A stretch of DNA of 64,000 nt from Escherichia phage EP335, in the sequence record MG748548, one strand, 5' to 3'. The notes beneath the pieces were generated by a model. The model worked only from the letters and a program-made list of their open reading frames with translations, made no database searches and was not told the origin of the DNA. Position numbers and translations under genes: made by a program. Within the stretch, counting starts at the first letter, position 1, and each line of letters begins with the position of its first letter. Shown piece after piece: positions 9,967-19,899 of this stretch.

Positions 9967-11013
9967 ATGTCTCTCTTCGGTTCTTCGGCTAAATCTAAAG
10001 TTACAGTATCGCCTTCTTCTCAAGTGGATGCTCTGTTACGTCAGATTGTTTCCAACGCTCAAGGAATGAATAAAGGTCAATTTGTTGGTCGTGAAATGGC
10101 AGGATTCAATCAGAATCAAAGTGCTGCTCTCTCAGGTTTGGCTAACTCTGATGTACAGAAACAATTGGCTGCTCTTTATACGCCTCGTACTCAGCAAGGC
10201 TTAGACCAGATGAATACTCTGGCCCAGCGATATCAGAGTATGGCAAACGGTGGTGGTGTTACTGGTCAAGCTGTTAATGATTATAGCAAATCCCTGAATA
10301 ACTCGGCTCTTGCACAAGCCACAGGTAAAGCAGCTTCTAATGTATCTCTTGGCAATGGCTCTGATTCTGGTTCACTCCGTCGTGCTAGTGCTCAAGGTGC
10401 TGCTCTGGCTAGTGCAAACACTAACCTCTCTCGTAGTATAGATGGTAAGAACATGGGGATTAATAACCTCCAGAACAATGAAGCTTTCCAACGTGGTATC
10501 CTAGGTGCTCAGACAGGTCTGGCTGGTCAGAATCTTAACTTGGGTGCACAAGGTGTTCAGGCTACTCAGCAAGCCATTCAGAATCAGCTCTTGGCTGGTA
10601 ATCTGCAACAGCAGCAAGATCAGACTCAGGCTAACCTTAATTGGGAGAATGCTATTGGTAATCAACAGTTCGGTTGGAATCAACTCAACAACCAGCTTAA
10701 TGTACTTAACTCAGTAAGTCCTATGGCTGGGTACACAATCAAGAATGCACAACCCGGTGTTAGTCAAGGGCAGCAACTGCTTGGTGCAGGTATGACTGGA
10801 CTAGGTATTGCAGGTCGCTTAGGTGCTTTCACTCCTAATGCTCAGACTCAGAATGCTTGGAACTCTTACAACGCTTCTGGTGGACAATCCGGTATGGCTG
10901 GTCCTATGATTGGTGGGTCTAACCTTTCTAATCAACAGAGTCAAAACAACTGGCTATCTACCGCAGGTAATAATATTTTAGGTGGTGTTCTTGGAGCATT
11001 CGGGGCTAACTAA
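9967..11013 (+). CDS. Gln/Asn/Gly-rich virion protein
   Basis: RBS AAGGAGG; low-complexity Q/N/G-rich composition; adjacent to the transglycosylase. Confidence 0.5.
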   Translation: MSLFGSSAKSKVTVSPSSQVDALLRQIVSNAQGMNKGQFVGREMAGFNQNQSAALSGLANSDVQKQLAALYTPRTQQGLDQMNTLAQRYQSMANGGGVTGQAVNDYSKSLNNSALAQATGKAASNVSLGNGSDSGSLRRASAQGAALASANTNLSRSIDGKNMGINNLQNNEAFQRGILGAQTGLAGQNLNLGAQGVQATQQAIQNQLLAGNLQQQQDQTQANLNWENAIGNQQFGWNQLNNQLNVLNSVSPMAGYTIKNAQPGVSQGQQLLGAGMTGLGIAGRLGAFTPNAQTQNAWNSYNASGGQSGMAGPMIGGSNLSNQQSQNNWLSTAGNNILGGVLGAFGAN

Positions 11014-11025
11014 GGAGAAAACTTT

Positions 11026-11994
11026 ATGGCTTTATTCGGTGGTGGGGGTGGTTCTACTACCTCCAAAATGACAAGACCTGACTATATTCAGAGTTACATT
11101 GATCAATTAGTTAATCAAGTAAACAACACAAGTTCAGGCGATTATGTTTATCGAGAGAATGTAGGGTTTAATAATAACCAGAACCAAGCTCTTAACGATC
11201 TTGCTCAATCTGGTGCCCTAGGTGCTCTCTCTTCTCAATATATGGATGCAGCTGGTCAAGGGTTAGGTTATATGGATAATGCCTACCAAGGCTTTAATAA
11301 CCTCTCCGGACAGGGGCCTATCTCAGCAGAACAGATTGGTGCTCTTGCTGGTGAACTCTACGACGATTCTGCTGTACAAGCAGCTATTACTGCTAACAAC
11401 GAACAAACTCAACAGAGTCTGGCACGTAATGCTCTTCCTCAACTGGCTCAGCAATATGCTGGTCAACAAGGTTCTGGTGCTCGTATGGCTAAATCTTTTG
11501 CTCAGGGTGATGCTCTGAATCAGATGCAGAATACAGCAACCAACATTACTAACAGTGCTTATGACTCTGCTTTAGGACAAGCTCAGAACATCCTCTCTGG
11601 AAACAGACAGAACCAAGCAGCTGCTCTTAGTGGACTCTCTAACATTGGTGGTAACTTGGCAGGCCTTGGTCAGCAAGGTGCTCAGTTGTCACAACAGCAA
11701 TTAACTAATCAATGGGGTGCTGGTTTGCAGCAACAGCAACAGCAACAAGCCGGTTTGGATAATGCTTATCAGAATGCTCAGAACGCAGCTAATTGGGGAT
11801 GGCAAGATATTAATAATCAACTAGGTGCAGCAGGCGTCCTTAATGGTGCTCTCGGAACGACTACAACTACTAAAACAACTGGTGGCGGCGGTGGTTTCCT
11901 TGGTGGGGCAGCAAGTGGTGCAGCAGCTGGTTCAGCGTTTGGACCTTGGGGTGCATTAGCTGGTGGTGTTATTGGTGGCTTATCCTCTACCTAA
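11026..11994 (+). CDS. Gln/Gly-rich virion protein with C-terminal glycine-zipper hydrophobic segment
   Basis: RBS AAGGAGA; C-terminus GGGGGFLGGAASGAAAGSAFGPWGALAGGVIGG resembles a membrane-inserting glycine zipper. Confidence 0.5.
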   Translation: MALFGGGGGSTTSKMTRPDYIQSYIDQLVNQVNNTSSGDYVYRENVGFNNNQNQALNDLAQSGALGALSSQYMDAAGQGLGYMDNAYQGFNNLSGQGPISAEQIGALAGELYDDSAVQAAITANNEQTQQSLARNALPQLAQQYAGQQGSGARMAKSFAQGDALNQMQNTATNITNSAYDSALGQAQNILSGNRQNQAAALSGLSNIGGNLAGLGQQGAQLSQQQLTNQWGAGLQQQQQQQAGLDNAYQNAQNAANWGWQDINNQLGAAGVLNGALGTTTTTKTTGGGGGFLGGAASGAAAGSAFGPWGALAGGVIGGLSST

Positions 11995-12008
11995 CTAGGA
12001 GATTAATT

Positions 12009-13673
12009 ATGCAACAAACTTCATATGCGTACCTCCGTAGTCGAGACCCACGCAATCAGATTTATGGTGTAAGTCAGGGAGGGGCACAAGCCTCTCCTTA
12101 TGTTCCTCGTCCTGCTTACCCACAAGCAGATATGTCTGTTTATACCCGTCCTAATATGGCTCCTGCTGGATTAGCTGGATTGGTTTCTCAGGCTAATGAA
12201 GATCAAGAAGCAATGCTTGGTCCAAACAAACAAGTTGTTCAGGGTGCTAATATCCAACCTGATATTCCTAACGAAACTCCTGTAGCAGCCTCTCAGTCAG
12301 CTTCTCCGTTTGCTAACGATGAAAGCATGGTTGCTGCTGGCCTTTCTCCAGAAACTGCTTCTCAAGAGTTCTCAGACCCTCTACCGGTAAGTGTTCCTCC
12401 TAAACCGTTGGAACCTACTGATACAGAGTTTACTCAAGACCAAGTTAAACAGGCACAACAGGTTATGTCAACCCTTTCTTCCGGCTTACCTGAAGCTGAA
12501 GGTATGGCAGGTGCTTCTCGTAGCGCTGATCAAGAACGTGTTAACAAGGATTTAATGGAAGTGGCTAAGGCTAAGAACCCGATGGAAGAGTGGGGTAAGT
12601 TACAGAAACAACCTTTCTATCAGAACTCTAGCTTCTATACAGGTTTGATGGGTGTAGGTCTTTCTATTATGTCAGGTAAGTCTCCTATTGAAGCTTTCCA
12701 GATTGGTTCTGGTATGGCTGCACAGGATGAGACTAAGAACCAACTTGAAGCTAACCGCGAATCTCTTATTGAACAGGGTTACTCTCCAGACTCAGTTGCT
12801 GCTGCAATTGCTACTGGTGACCCTTCTGCTCTGAAGATGCGTCAGATTAGTCCTCAAGAGAAACTTGCTTTGTCTGCTATCGAAGATGAGAGAGCTAACC
12901 GTGAATGGGACAGACGCCAACAGGTTAGTGAGCAGTCTATGAGTCGTAGGATGGATGCAACTCGCCAAGCTGCTGAACAACGTGCACAAGAACAGTTTGC
13001 TCGTCAGAAAGAGTTGATTGGGTATCGTGATCAAGTGAAAGCTGATCGTGCTGAACAAGCTGCTAAGAGTTTTAATTTTAACCCGAAAGAAGTTCGTCTT
13101 GCTCAGAACACAGCTGAAGGTACAGTTGCTAAGCAGTGGGCAGAGAAAGGTGGTCTGTTTAACCAGTCCCATAAAGACTTGGACTTGGCAGATCAGGCAG
13201 TTAAAGATAAAGACTACCAGACAGCTCGTTCTGCTTACATGCAGGCTATCATGAACTCCGCAAGGGCTGAAATCGGTGCTACTCGTTCTCTGACTGAAGA
13301 AGACTTACGTCACTTTGCAGAAGACCCCTCAATCTTTGTTAAGGTTGGTAATACTTGGTCTCTGAAAGGTGGGTATCGTCCTACTGATGCTGCTCTTGCT
13401 TATGCTCGTAAGCAGGCAACCGTTGGTGCTACTTCAGCAATGAAGGGTGTTAAGGATGCTAAGAAAGCAACCATTGAAGCTTACGTTGGTTCTGGTATGG
13501 ATAAGAAACGTGCTACTGCACTTGTTAACCGTGCGATACCTTCTGGTGGTTTCTATGACCCGTTAGGTACTTTTGAATCACAGGCTGAGGAAGAGGTTGG
13601 TGGTGCTGCTACTAATCCACGCCTGAATGGTGCTCTTTCAGCTTCTGAAGATACTAGCTGGTTCACTCAATAA
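12009..13673 (+). CDS. Virion protein (function unknown)
   Basis: AGGAG RBS then ATG at 12009 (track start at 11946 lies inside the upstream gene); 554 aa. Confidence 0.5.
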   Translation: MQQTSYAYLRSRDPRNQIYGVSQGGAQASPYVPRPAYPQADMSVYTRPNMAPAGLAGLVSQANEDQEAMLGPNKQVVQGANIQPDIPNETPVAASQSASPFANDESMVAAGLSPETASQEFSDPLPVSVPPKPLEPTDTEFTQDQVKQAQQVMSTLSSGLPEAEGMAGASRSADQERVNKDLMEVAKAKNPMEEWGKLQKQPFYQNSSFYTGLMGVGLSIMSGKSPIEAFQIGSGMAAQDETKNQLEANRESLIEQGYSPDSVAAAIATGDPSALKMRQISPQEKLALSAIEDERANREWDRRQQVSEQSMSRRMDATRQAAEQRAQEQFARQKELIGYRDQVKADRAEQAAKSFNFNPKEVRLAQNTAEGTVAKQWAEKGGLFNQSHKDLDLADQAVKDKDYQTARSAYMQAIMNSARAEIGATRSLTEEDLRHFAEDPSIFVKVGNTWSLKGGYRPTDAALAYARKQATVGATSAMKGVKDAKKATIEAYVGSGMDKKRATALVNRAIPSGGFYDPLGTFESQAEEEVGGAATNPRLNGALSASEDTSWFTQ

Positions 13674-13693
13674 GACCTAAGTCCTGCCTTCTA

Positions 13694-13702
13694 TAATGTA
13701 TA
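13694..13702 (+). promoter_or_regulatory. TAATGTATA promoter-like element upstream of the 1473-aa gene
   Basis: Exact TAATGTATA about 37 nt before ATG 13739, in the loop of a hairpin (13681-13716); the same 9-mer recurs upstream of other genes. Confidence 0.4.
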
Positions 13703-13738
13703 TAGGGGGTAGGACATTTTTATTTATAAGGAGACGTT

Positions 13739-16700
13739 ATGGCTAACATTAAATCTTGGGAAGAAGCATCGAAAAGCCCCAAGTATATGAACGCAACTCC
13801 TGAGCAACAAGCTCAGTTGAGAGAGCAATACAAAGCGGCAGGTGGTACAATCCCTGAAGATAAGCCAGTACAACCACAACAAGAAGAGCGTGGCTTAGTT
13901 GGTGAGTTCGCTCAGGGCGTATCTAATGCTATCGAATCTGGTGGAGCTAATATTGCAGCTAGTACCGCTCGTGGTTTAGGTGGTCTGGTTGAAATGGGTG
14001 AGAACGTTCTCGGTTCCCAAACAAGTTATGGTAAAAGAATTCAAGATAACGCAAAACAAGTATTAGAAAAGCGTATGGCTGGTATCGAGGATGGCTTTGG
14101 TAAGACTGCTGGGCAGTATGCTGGAGTGGCTGCTGATATTGGTTTGACGGTTGCTAACCCAGCTTTGGCTGCTGGTGTTATTGCGGGACGTGAAGCAGGT
14201 CGAGCTTATGCAGACCAGACCCCAGAAGAGGGAGAAGACAAGTCAGTGTTAGATGCTGCTCTTGTTGGTGGTGCTAACTTTGCAGCTCAGAAGATTCTTC
14301 CGGGTTTTACAGGAACAGCTGAATCTACTTTAGGTCGTATTGGTCAGAGTGCTGCTTCTAACGCCGTGGCTGGCGCTAAGGGTGGTGCTCTCGTAGGTGC
14401 TGCTGAAGCTCAGAATAAGTATGGTGATGACACTACACTTGCCAATGTACTAGAAGGTGCAATTGATGAAGGTGTTGCTGGTGCTGCTTATGGTGGAGCT
14501 ATCGGTGGTGTTCATGGTGCAATTAGTCGCCCTAGTCCTCAAGTGTTTGATAAGACTCCTGAGAATGTTAAGACTGATATCTCCGCTGAAGATGAAGCAA
14601 TTCGTAGTGCGAAGAATGCTGATGAACTCCGTGAAGCTTACTCTCAAGCCGATACTGCTAACACAGCTTCCGCTCTTAACCTGCTAGACCAGAACGATTT
14701 CCGTATTACAGATGCTGTGGCTATGGATTCTCCTGCTGCCCAACGTATCCTTAATACTGACCAGACTCGTGCTGAGAAAGCTGCTTCCTCTCTTACAGAG
14801 CGTTCTAATATTCCGGGTCTTAATCCTCTTGTTTCTCCAAGTAAGGTCAAGGGTAAAGCTTTTGCGGATAACGAACATAACCAGAAGCAAGCCGTAGCAA
14901 TGAAAGATGCAATGGCTGACTACACTAAAGACAACACCAAGGCTCTTAATGATGTTCTTGATAACCTAGACCGAGAGTTGAACGACCTTCGTGTTCGTGG
15001 TGACTTTACTGGTAGTGCTATTGACATTAAGAATCAGACTCGTAACGATCGTGATTTCATTGATGCTTACAAGAACTTCTATACTGAAGCAAACAGATTC
15101 AAAGCTCGTGATGGCGAAGACTTTAATAACTTTGTAGAGAAAGCTACTGAACTACAGAAACTTGCTGACAATGTTTCTCCAGAGATGAAGCAAGCTATTG
15201 GCGGTTTGAAGAAACTCAAAGGTATGCCTGAAGGTTTCAACCCTATCCAAGATGCCTTTACTCTGAACAACACAGCTAAACTAATGAGTAATCAAGACCG
15301 TGGTTGGACGACACTGACAGATGATGGTTTCCGTGAAGCCTCTTCTCCAAGCTTTGTTATGAACACCCTAGGTGCTGCTAAGTATGCTCTGAACCGCTTC
15401 TCTTCAGAGAGGGCTAGATCTCAACGTGCTCGACAGCAGGACTCAAACAGTGAAGCAATTCGCTCTTTGGCTCGTGGTGATTTAGAGGTTGCTCGTGCTC
15501 GAAGAGCAGCAGCAAAAGCACGCGAAGAAATGGAAGCCGAACCGGTTGTTGATGACGTCCAATTTAAGACGCAAGCTGATGACCAAAATCAGGCTGGTTC
15601 TGAACCTTCTTCTCCAGCTACTGTGACGGAAGATTTCTCTCCTTCTCCAGCTCCTTTAACTGCTCGTGATTTGGTTGCTCAAAGACGTGCCATCCGACAG
15701 GCGGAACAACGCCGTGCAGAGGAAGAAGCGCAAGCTGCTCAGAATGCTCCAGTTGAACCAGAAGCTCCAGCAGAAACTTTACCTACGCGTAACCCTCTTG
15801 AGGAACGTAGAGTGCAAGAAGCTGAGATGGAACAACAGCGTGCAGCAGAAGAGGCTGCTAAAGCTCCTGAGACGCCCGTAGAAGAGTCTACAGCTAAAGC
15901 TGAGCCATTACCTGCTCGTGCTCCTAAAGCTCCTAAGGAAGCTGCTCCTGAGGTTAAACCGGCTACTGGTGTAGAACGTCTTGCTGCTATGTCAACAGCT
16001 GCTCGTCAGGCTACTAAAAACCGTGCTGAACGTTTTGCTCGTTCTCTGTATACTGCTGGTGCTAAAGCTAAAGCTACTGCGGAAAACTTCTTGGCTTACA
16101 AAGGGGACCCGAAAGAGTTAATGCGTCGTATCCGTCAGGAAGACCAAGCGAACAATGCTGCTCGTCATGAAGAGATGGCTCGCAACCAATTAACTTCTCA
16201 GCAAGGTATTGCAGCTGCTAAGTCTAACCGAGTTCGTTCTGCATTCTCCGATTGGGTTAAAGAACGTGGACTACCTTCTGAAATCGCCTCTAAAGCCCTG
16301 CGTGCTGAAGAACGTGGATTGGATGGTAACGTGTCAAGTCTAGACTCTCTGAAGCGTAGAGCTGAGCGTATGTATCAGAAAGAACGTGATGATGAGTTTG
16401 ATAGAATGTATCGTGAAGCTCTGGAAGAAAACAAAGCTTTCGATAAGAACGATGCACCTAAGCTGAAAGACCAGAAGGCTGAGTTCCAGTCAGAGATTGA
16501 TTCTCTGCTTGAGAGCGAACCTCTTCGTCCTGCTCAGAAAGATGCAATGCGTAAGATGATGAGTGATTTTGTTGATGGGAAGTTTAAAGCGGCTGAGAAA
16601 GCTGGAAGGGAAGAAGCTTTAGAGGTTGGTCAAATGAAGGATTTGTGGGATGGGTTTATTAATACCTACAATCGTGAAGTTGGCATGTTCAATAAAGCTA

Positions 16701-18160
16701 ACAAGAACTCTCAGTATGAAGCAGCAGCTAAACATCTACAGGCTCGTGAAGAACGTCTTACCTCTTTACGTAACAGAGCAGAAGCTCGTGCTCAAGCGAA
16801 AGCTACAGCAGAAGCTGAACGTCAGTCACTCGAAGCGATTGCTGGTCAGAAGACTGAGATAGAGAAGATGTTTGATGAGTTACCTAAACCTGTCCGCGAG
16901 GCTCAGGAAAGTCGTACTCTGAAACAGCTTGCAGCTCACCATGATAAGAACTCCCCTGTTCCTCCAGAACGTTTCCGTAGTATTATCGAACGTATCCATA
17001 ACGCAGAGTCAGACTACCTTGATCGTAAGCGTCGTCTCACTGATGCAGAGGAAGATGCTCGTGAAGCTAAGTGGAACAAGATGTATGAACAAGCAGAGGA
17101 GATGAACCGTAAGTTCGATATAGATGCTCGTGTATCCCGTGATAAGAGCCTCAAAGAAGCTCAGGAGCGACAGAATGATCTCATGGCAGTACAACGCCAA
17201 CGTGATGACATTCATAGCCGTCTGGTGCGTTCTATCGAAGATAAGGGCATCCCTAAAGCTGATGCTGAAGCATTTGCTGGTTCTTATATGGATAACCGTT
17301 ATGCTCTTCTTGAAAAACCTATGACCCCTACCGAACACCAGAATGCTCGTGCACGTATTGAGTCCGATGTAGAGAAGTTTGCTAAGAAGTATGAAAGCTT
17401 GTCTCCTATTGAGAAAGACGTGGTTAAGATTACTGGTGATGTGGAAGGTAAACTGGATGGGTTGGATGCTGAGACTGTGAAGGCAGTTGAGGAAGCTAGG
17501 AAGGTTGACTCTGATATTAAGAAACTTCAGGACGAAGAGTTGGAAATGGAGAAAATCCGTTCAGCTTTACCTGATGATGAAAAGTCTCAGGCAAATTCCG
17601 ACATTCTGGAAAGCATCAAAAAGCAAGAAGATGAGTTTGCAGGGAAGGTTGAGAAGGCATTCTTGGAAGGCAAGGACTTGAAGGAACTGGCTAGTGTTGC
17701 AGAGGTTCTGGATAGGGTTCATGGTGCTGACAAGGCTGGGAACAACCGTAGATTTGTTCGTGCTCTACAGACTGCTGCTGACAACAAGAAGAAGTATGGG
17801 GATAATCCGGTAGCTTGGTTTAGTGCTGATGATTACTCTGCTATTGCTAAACTTGGTGCTGCATCAGCGGGCGGTAACAAATCGAGAGCGTTGGAGAAGA
17901 TCTTTGGTTCTACAGCAGATCAAGCTAAGGCTAAGCTTTTGGGGAGAGATGATGTAGCGAAGATGAGACGTGTGATTGAAGCGAATCCTGAAGTCAAGAT
18001 TCCTTCTTACAAGACTACTACTCGTCAAGAGTATTTACAGTTCTTGGAGAAGTATAATGATGAGGGAGTGTTGAAAGTCAAACGTGGTTCTCTGTCTGAC
18101 AAATTAGAAAGGAATAAGCGTCAAGCTAAACTCCGTGTTAGAGTTCGCTCGAAAGAGTAA
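13739..18160 (+). CDS. Very large coiled-coil/charged virion protein (candidate internal ejection protein)
   Basis: RBS AAGGAGA; 1473 aa; Gly/Ala-rich hydrophobic N-terminal segments followed by an A/E/K/R-rich helical region; last gene of the + block. Confidence 0.6.
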   Translation: MANIKSWEEASKSPKYMNATPEQQAQLREQYKAAGGTIPEDKPVQPQQEERGLVGEFAQGVSNAIESGGANIAASTARGLGGLVEMGENVLGSQTSYGKRIQDNAKQVLEKRMAGIEDGFGKTAGQYAGVAADIGLTVANPALAAGVIAGREAGRAYADQTPEEGEDKSVLDAALVGGANFAAQKILPGFTGTAESTLGRIGQSAASNAVAGAKGGALVGAAEAQNKYGDDTTLANVLEGAIDEGVAGAAYGGAIGGVHGAISRPSPQVFDKTPENVKTDISAEDEAIRSAKNADELREAYSQADTANTASALNLLDQNDFRITDAVAMDSPAAQRILNTDQTRAEKAASSLTERSNIPGLNPLVSPSKVKGKAFADNEHNQKQAVAMKDAMADYTKDNTKALNDVLDNLDRELNDLRVRGDFTGSAIDIKNQTRNDRDFIDAYKNFYTEANRFKARDGEDFNNFVEKATELQKLADNVSPEMKQAIGGLKKLKGMPEGFNPIQDAFTLNNTAKLMSNQDRGWTTLTDDGFREASSPSFVMNTLGAAKYALNRFSSERARSQRARQQDSNSEAIRSLARGDLEVARARRAAAKAREEMEAEPVVDDVQFKTQADDQNQAGSEPSSPATVTEDFSPSPAPLTARDLVAQRRAIRQAEQRRAEEEAQAAQNAPVEPEAPAETLPTRNPLEERRVQEAEMEQQRAAEEAAKAPETPVEESTAKAEPLPARAPKAPKEAAPEVKPATGVERLAAMSTAARQATKNRAERFARSLYTAGAKAKATAENFLAYKGDPKELMRRIRQEDQANNAARHEEMARNQLTSQQGIAAAKSNRVRSAFSDWVKERGLPSEIASKALRAEERGLDGNVSSLDSLKRRAERMYQKERDDEFDRMYREALEENKAFDKNDAPKLKDQKAEFQSEIDSLLESEPLRPAQKDAMRKMMSDFVDGKFKAAEKAGREEALEVGQMKDLWDGFINTYNREVGMFNKANKNSQYEAAAKHLQAREERLTSLRNRAEARAQAKATAEAERQSLEAIAGQKTEIEKMFDELPKPVREAQESRTLKQLAAHHDKNSPVPPERFRSIIERIHNAESDYLDRKRRLTDAEEDAREAKWNKMYEQAEEMNRKFDIDARVSRDKSLKEAQERQNDLMAVQRQRDDIHSRLVRSIEDKGIPKADAEAFAGSYMDNRYALLEKPMTPTEHQNARARIESDVEKFAKKYESLSPIEKDVVKITGDVEGKLDGLDAETVKAVEEARKVDSDIKKLQDEELEMEKIRSALPDDEKSQANSDILESIKKQEDEFAGKVEKAFLEGKDLKELASVAEVLDRVHGADKAGNNRRFVRALQTAADNKKKYGDNPVAWFSADDYSAIAKLGAASAGGNKSRALEKIFGSTADQAKAKLLGRDDVAKMRRVIEANPEVKIPSYKTTTRQEYLQFLEKYNDEGVLKVKRGSLSDKLERNKRQAKLRVRVRSKE

Positions 18161-18165
18161 ACAAG

Positions 18166-18202
18166 AAAAGCCCCAACCGAAAGGAAGGGGCTTTATTTTT
18201 AT
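18166..18202 (+). terminator. Rho-independent terminator (AAAGCCCC ... GGGGCTTT then T-run)
   Basis: 8-bp stem followed by ATTTTTA, 6 nt after the stop; lies in the convergent junction between the + and - blocks. Confidence 0.65.
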
Positions 18203-18263
18203 CTAAATTTTAGAAACCATCAAATTCGTCATACATCCCAATTTTCTTCATTCATACAACCTC

Positions 18264-18518
18264 CTAGATTAAGTCGTAATATTGAATAATATCTTTCAGA
18301 GCAAAGTCACGAATCTGATCTTTCTCTGTATCATAGGCTGTCATAATCCAGCAAGGATTCCCGTCATTGTGATAAACGGAAACACCAACTGAAGTTCGGA
18401 TAGGAATAACGGCGCGGTCTGCAACCTCACCTCTCCAATTACGATAGCGAAAGCGAAGAATTTGTTTCGTAGAGACTGGAGCATCAGTTGTTTCCTTTTT
18501 TAAATTGTTTTCTAGCAT
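18264..18518 (-). CDS. Hypothetical protein (start uncertain; overlaps 3' end of the HNH gene)
   Basis: Track ORF 18264..18632 overlaps the HNH gene by 149 nt; the most internal Met gives 18518, still overlapping by 35 nt. Confidence 0.35.
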   Translation of the reverse strand: MLENNLKKETTDAPVSTKQILRFRYRNWRGEVADRAVIPIRTSVGVSVYHNDGNPCWIMTAYDTEKDQIRDFALKDIIQYYDLI

Positions 18519-18885
18519 TATTTTCTTCTTGAGTTTTAGTCTTGTGACAAGGTTCTTTACAAAGCACTTGGAATCCGTGTTTCTCAACAAGTGCTCTCTG
18601 AATAATTTCATCCCAAGTAGCTTCATGGTCAATAGGGACCAGAGGTTCTATATGGTCAATAGCCATTTCTTTAACAGGGTGATCGTTGCCACACATAGCA
18701 CATTGATAGTGCATTGCCAGCTTCCCTGTCTTGGGGTTTATCTTGCGTTCTGTTTGAGCATCTTTAAGAGCATCGAACATAGGCTTCCACTTCCTAGTCA
18801 GAGAACGAATCCCTGACTTGATGAAGGAATTGTATCGAGCTTCTGTCCAAGTGCCACTACAGCGAGTCTTCTCAACCTTCGCCAT
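18484..18885 (-). CDS. HNH endonuclease
   Basis: Cys/His motif CAMCGNDHPVKEMAIDHIEPL...LCKEPCHKTK matches the HNH zinc-binding nuclease core. Confidence 0.75.
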   Translation of the reverse strand: MAKVEKTRCSGTWTEARYNSFIKSGIRSLTRKWKPMFDALKDAQTERKINPKTGKLAMHYQCAMCGNDHPVKEMAIDHIEPLVPIDHEATWDEIIQRALVEKHGFQVLCKEPCHKTKTQEENNARKQFKKGNN

Positions 18886-19066
18886 AACCTACATCCATAT
18901 CATCCTCCTGCCAGACTCGTTTGTTAACACGGTGACTAACCTTGTCAGCTTTAGGGATACGACCAGTACGTTGATCAAACAGTTGGTGTTTAATCTTCTG
19001 ATCTTTACGAGTTTCACGGTTAGGTGAAGTTTCATCATAAGTACGGTAGTTGAATTTATTACCCAT
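18872..19066 (-). CDS. Small basic protein
   Basis: AAGGA RBS before internal ATG at 19066; Lys/Arg-rich 64 aa. Confidence 0.4.
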   Translation of the reverse strand: MGNKFNYRTYDETSPNRETRKDQKIKHQLFDQRTGRIPKADKVSHRVNKRVWQEDDMDVGYGEG

Positions 19067-19898
19067 TATCAATATCCTTATTCCAAATTTTATCAAGCCA
19101 TGACCACTCGAAGAGGTCTTCTGGTGTTTGACCTACGAATAGGAGACGAGCATTCTCAAGCATCTTCTCTTCCCATTCTGTATCAAACTTCTTATAATAT
19201 TCCATTCGCACTATATGATAAAGAGTCCACTTATCACTTACACCTTGTAAAAGGTTGATAGCGGCTTTCTTTCCAACCCCTTGACGACGGAGTTGTAACT
19301 TACCTCCCCACATAACTTCCTCACGTTCGCCACAACCGGGAATGTTATCTGTTCCATCACCAATGAGCATTTGATAAAAGAAGTTTTGCCAAGCAACCTC
19401 ATCTGATACATAGTGAGGAGGAACCTCTTTCTGCCTTTCTCCACATGCCCACCGATAATGCCAACCGGGAGTTATCAGTAAATCTTTGTCTCGTGTACAG
19501 ATGATGGTGTTCTTGTCAGTTCGCTGCCTTTCTGCTAATGCGTCATCAGCCTCTCTTCCGTAAACATCTATATACTCATAATTGTTTTTAATGTAATCAC
19601 CAACGTTCTGCCAGTGGAAAGGTCTTTCTCCCGGAGGTCGGTTGGCTTTGTATCCTTGCTGCTTTGCTACATCAAAACGGAAGTTACCGCCTTCACTGAA
19701 ATAGAAGACTGTCTTTCGACAGCCAGCGCGAGCAATGATTGTATCAAGTTTGTTTTGAAGTCGTTCAATTAGAAATCCATAATCTACTGGTGTACGTCCT
19801 GTATCTAGGAAAGGATGCTCCTGAGTCAGAGCACCCACTTCGTATCGGAGAACATCAGCATCCACTAAAGCTACTTCAGGATACTTAACGTCTTCCAT
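19059..19898 (-). CDS. 5'-3' exonuclease / flap endonuclease (FEN family)
   Basis: Motifs GYKANR, GREADDALA, CTRDKDLL and GDGTDNIPG match the metal-binding motifs of T5 D15 / Pol I 5' nuclease family; RBS GGGGAG. Confidence 0.85.
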   Translation of the reverse strand: MEDVKYPEVALVDADVLRYEVGALTQEHPFLDTGRTPVDYGFLIERLQNKLDTIIARAGCRKTVFYFSEGGNFRFDVAKQQGYKANRPPGERPFHWQNVGDYIKNNYEYIDVYGREADDALAERQRTDKNTIICTRDKDLLITPGWHYRWACGERQKEVPPHYVSDEVAWQNFFYQMLIGDGTDNIPGCGEREEVMWGGKLQLRRQGVGKKAAINLLQGVSDKWTLYHIVRMEYYKKFDTEWEEKMLENARLLFVGQTPEDLFEWSWLDKIWNKDIDNG

Positions 19899-19899
19899 A

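Noticed and set aside
340-17681. Numerous 60-130-aa ORFs on the - strand or in alternative + frames inside the structural genes (for example 340..522, 662..910, 5532..5891, 9722..9928, 14450..14897, 17009..17338).
   Set aside because: All are fully embedded in long, well-supported + strand genes with RBSs and coupled starts; no independent signals; treated as frame noise.
13739-18160. 1473-aa protein as a tape-measure protein.
   Set aside because: No tail tube, sheath or tail-assembly chaperone genes are seen in the window and the neighbours look like podovirus-type internal proteins; an internal/ejection protein is preferred but not proven.
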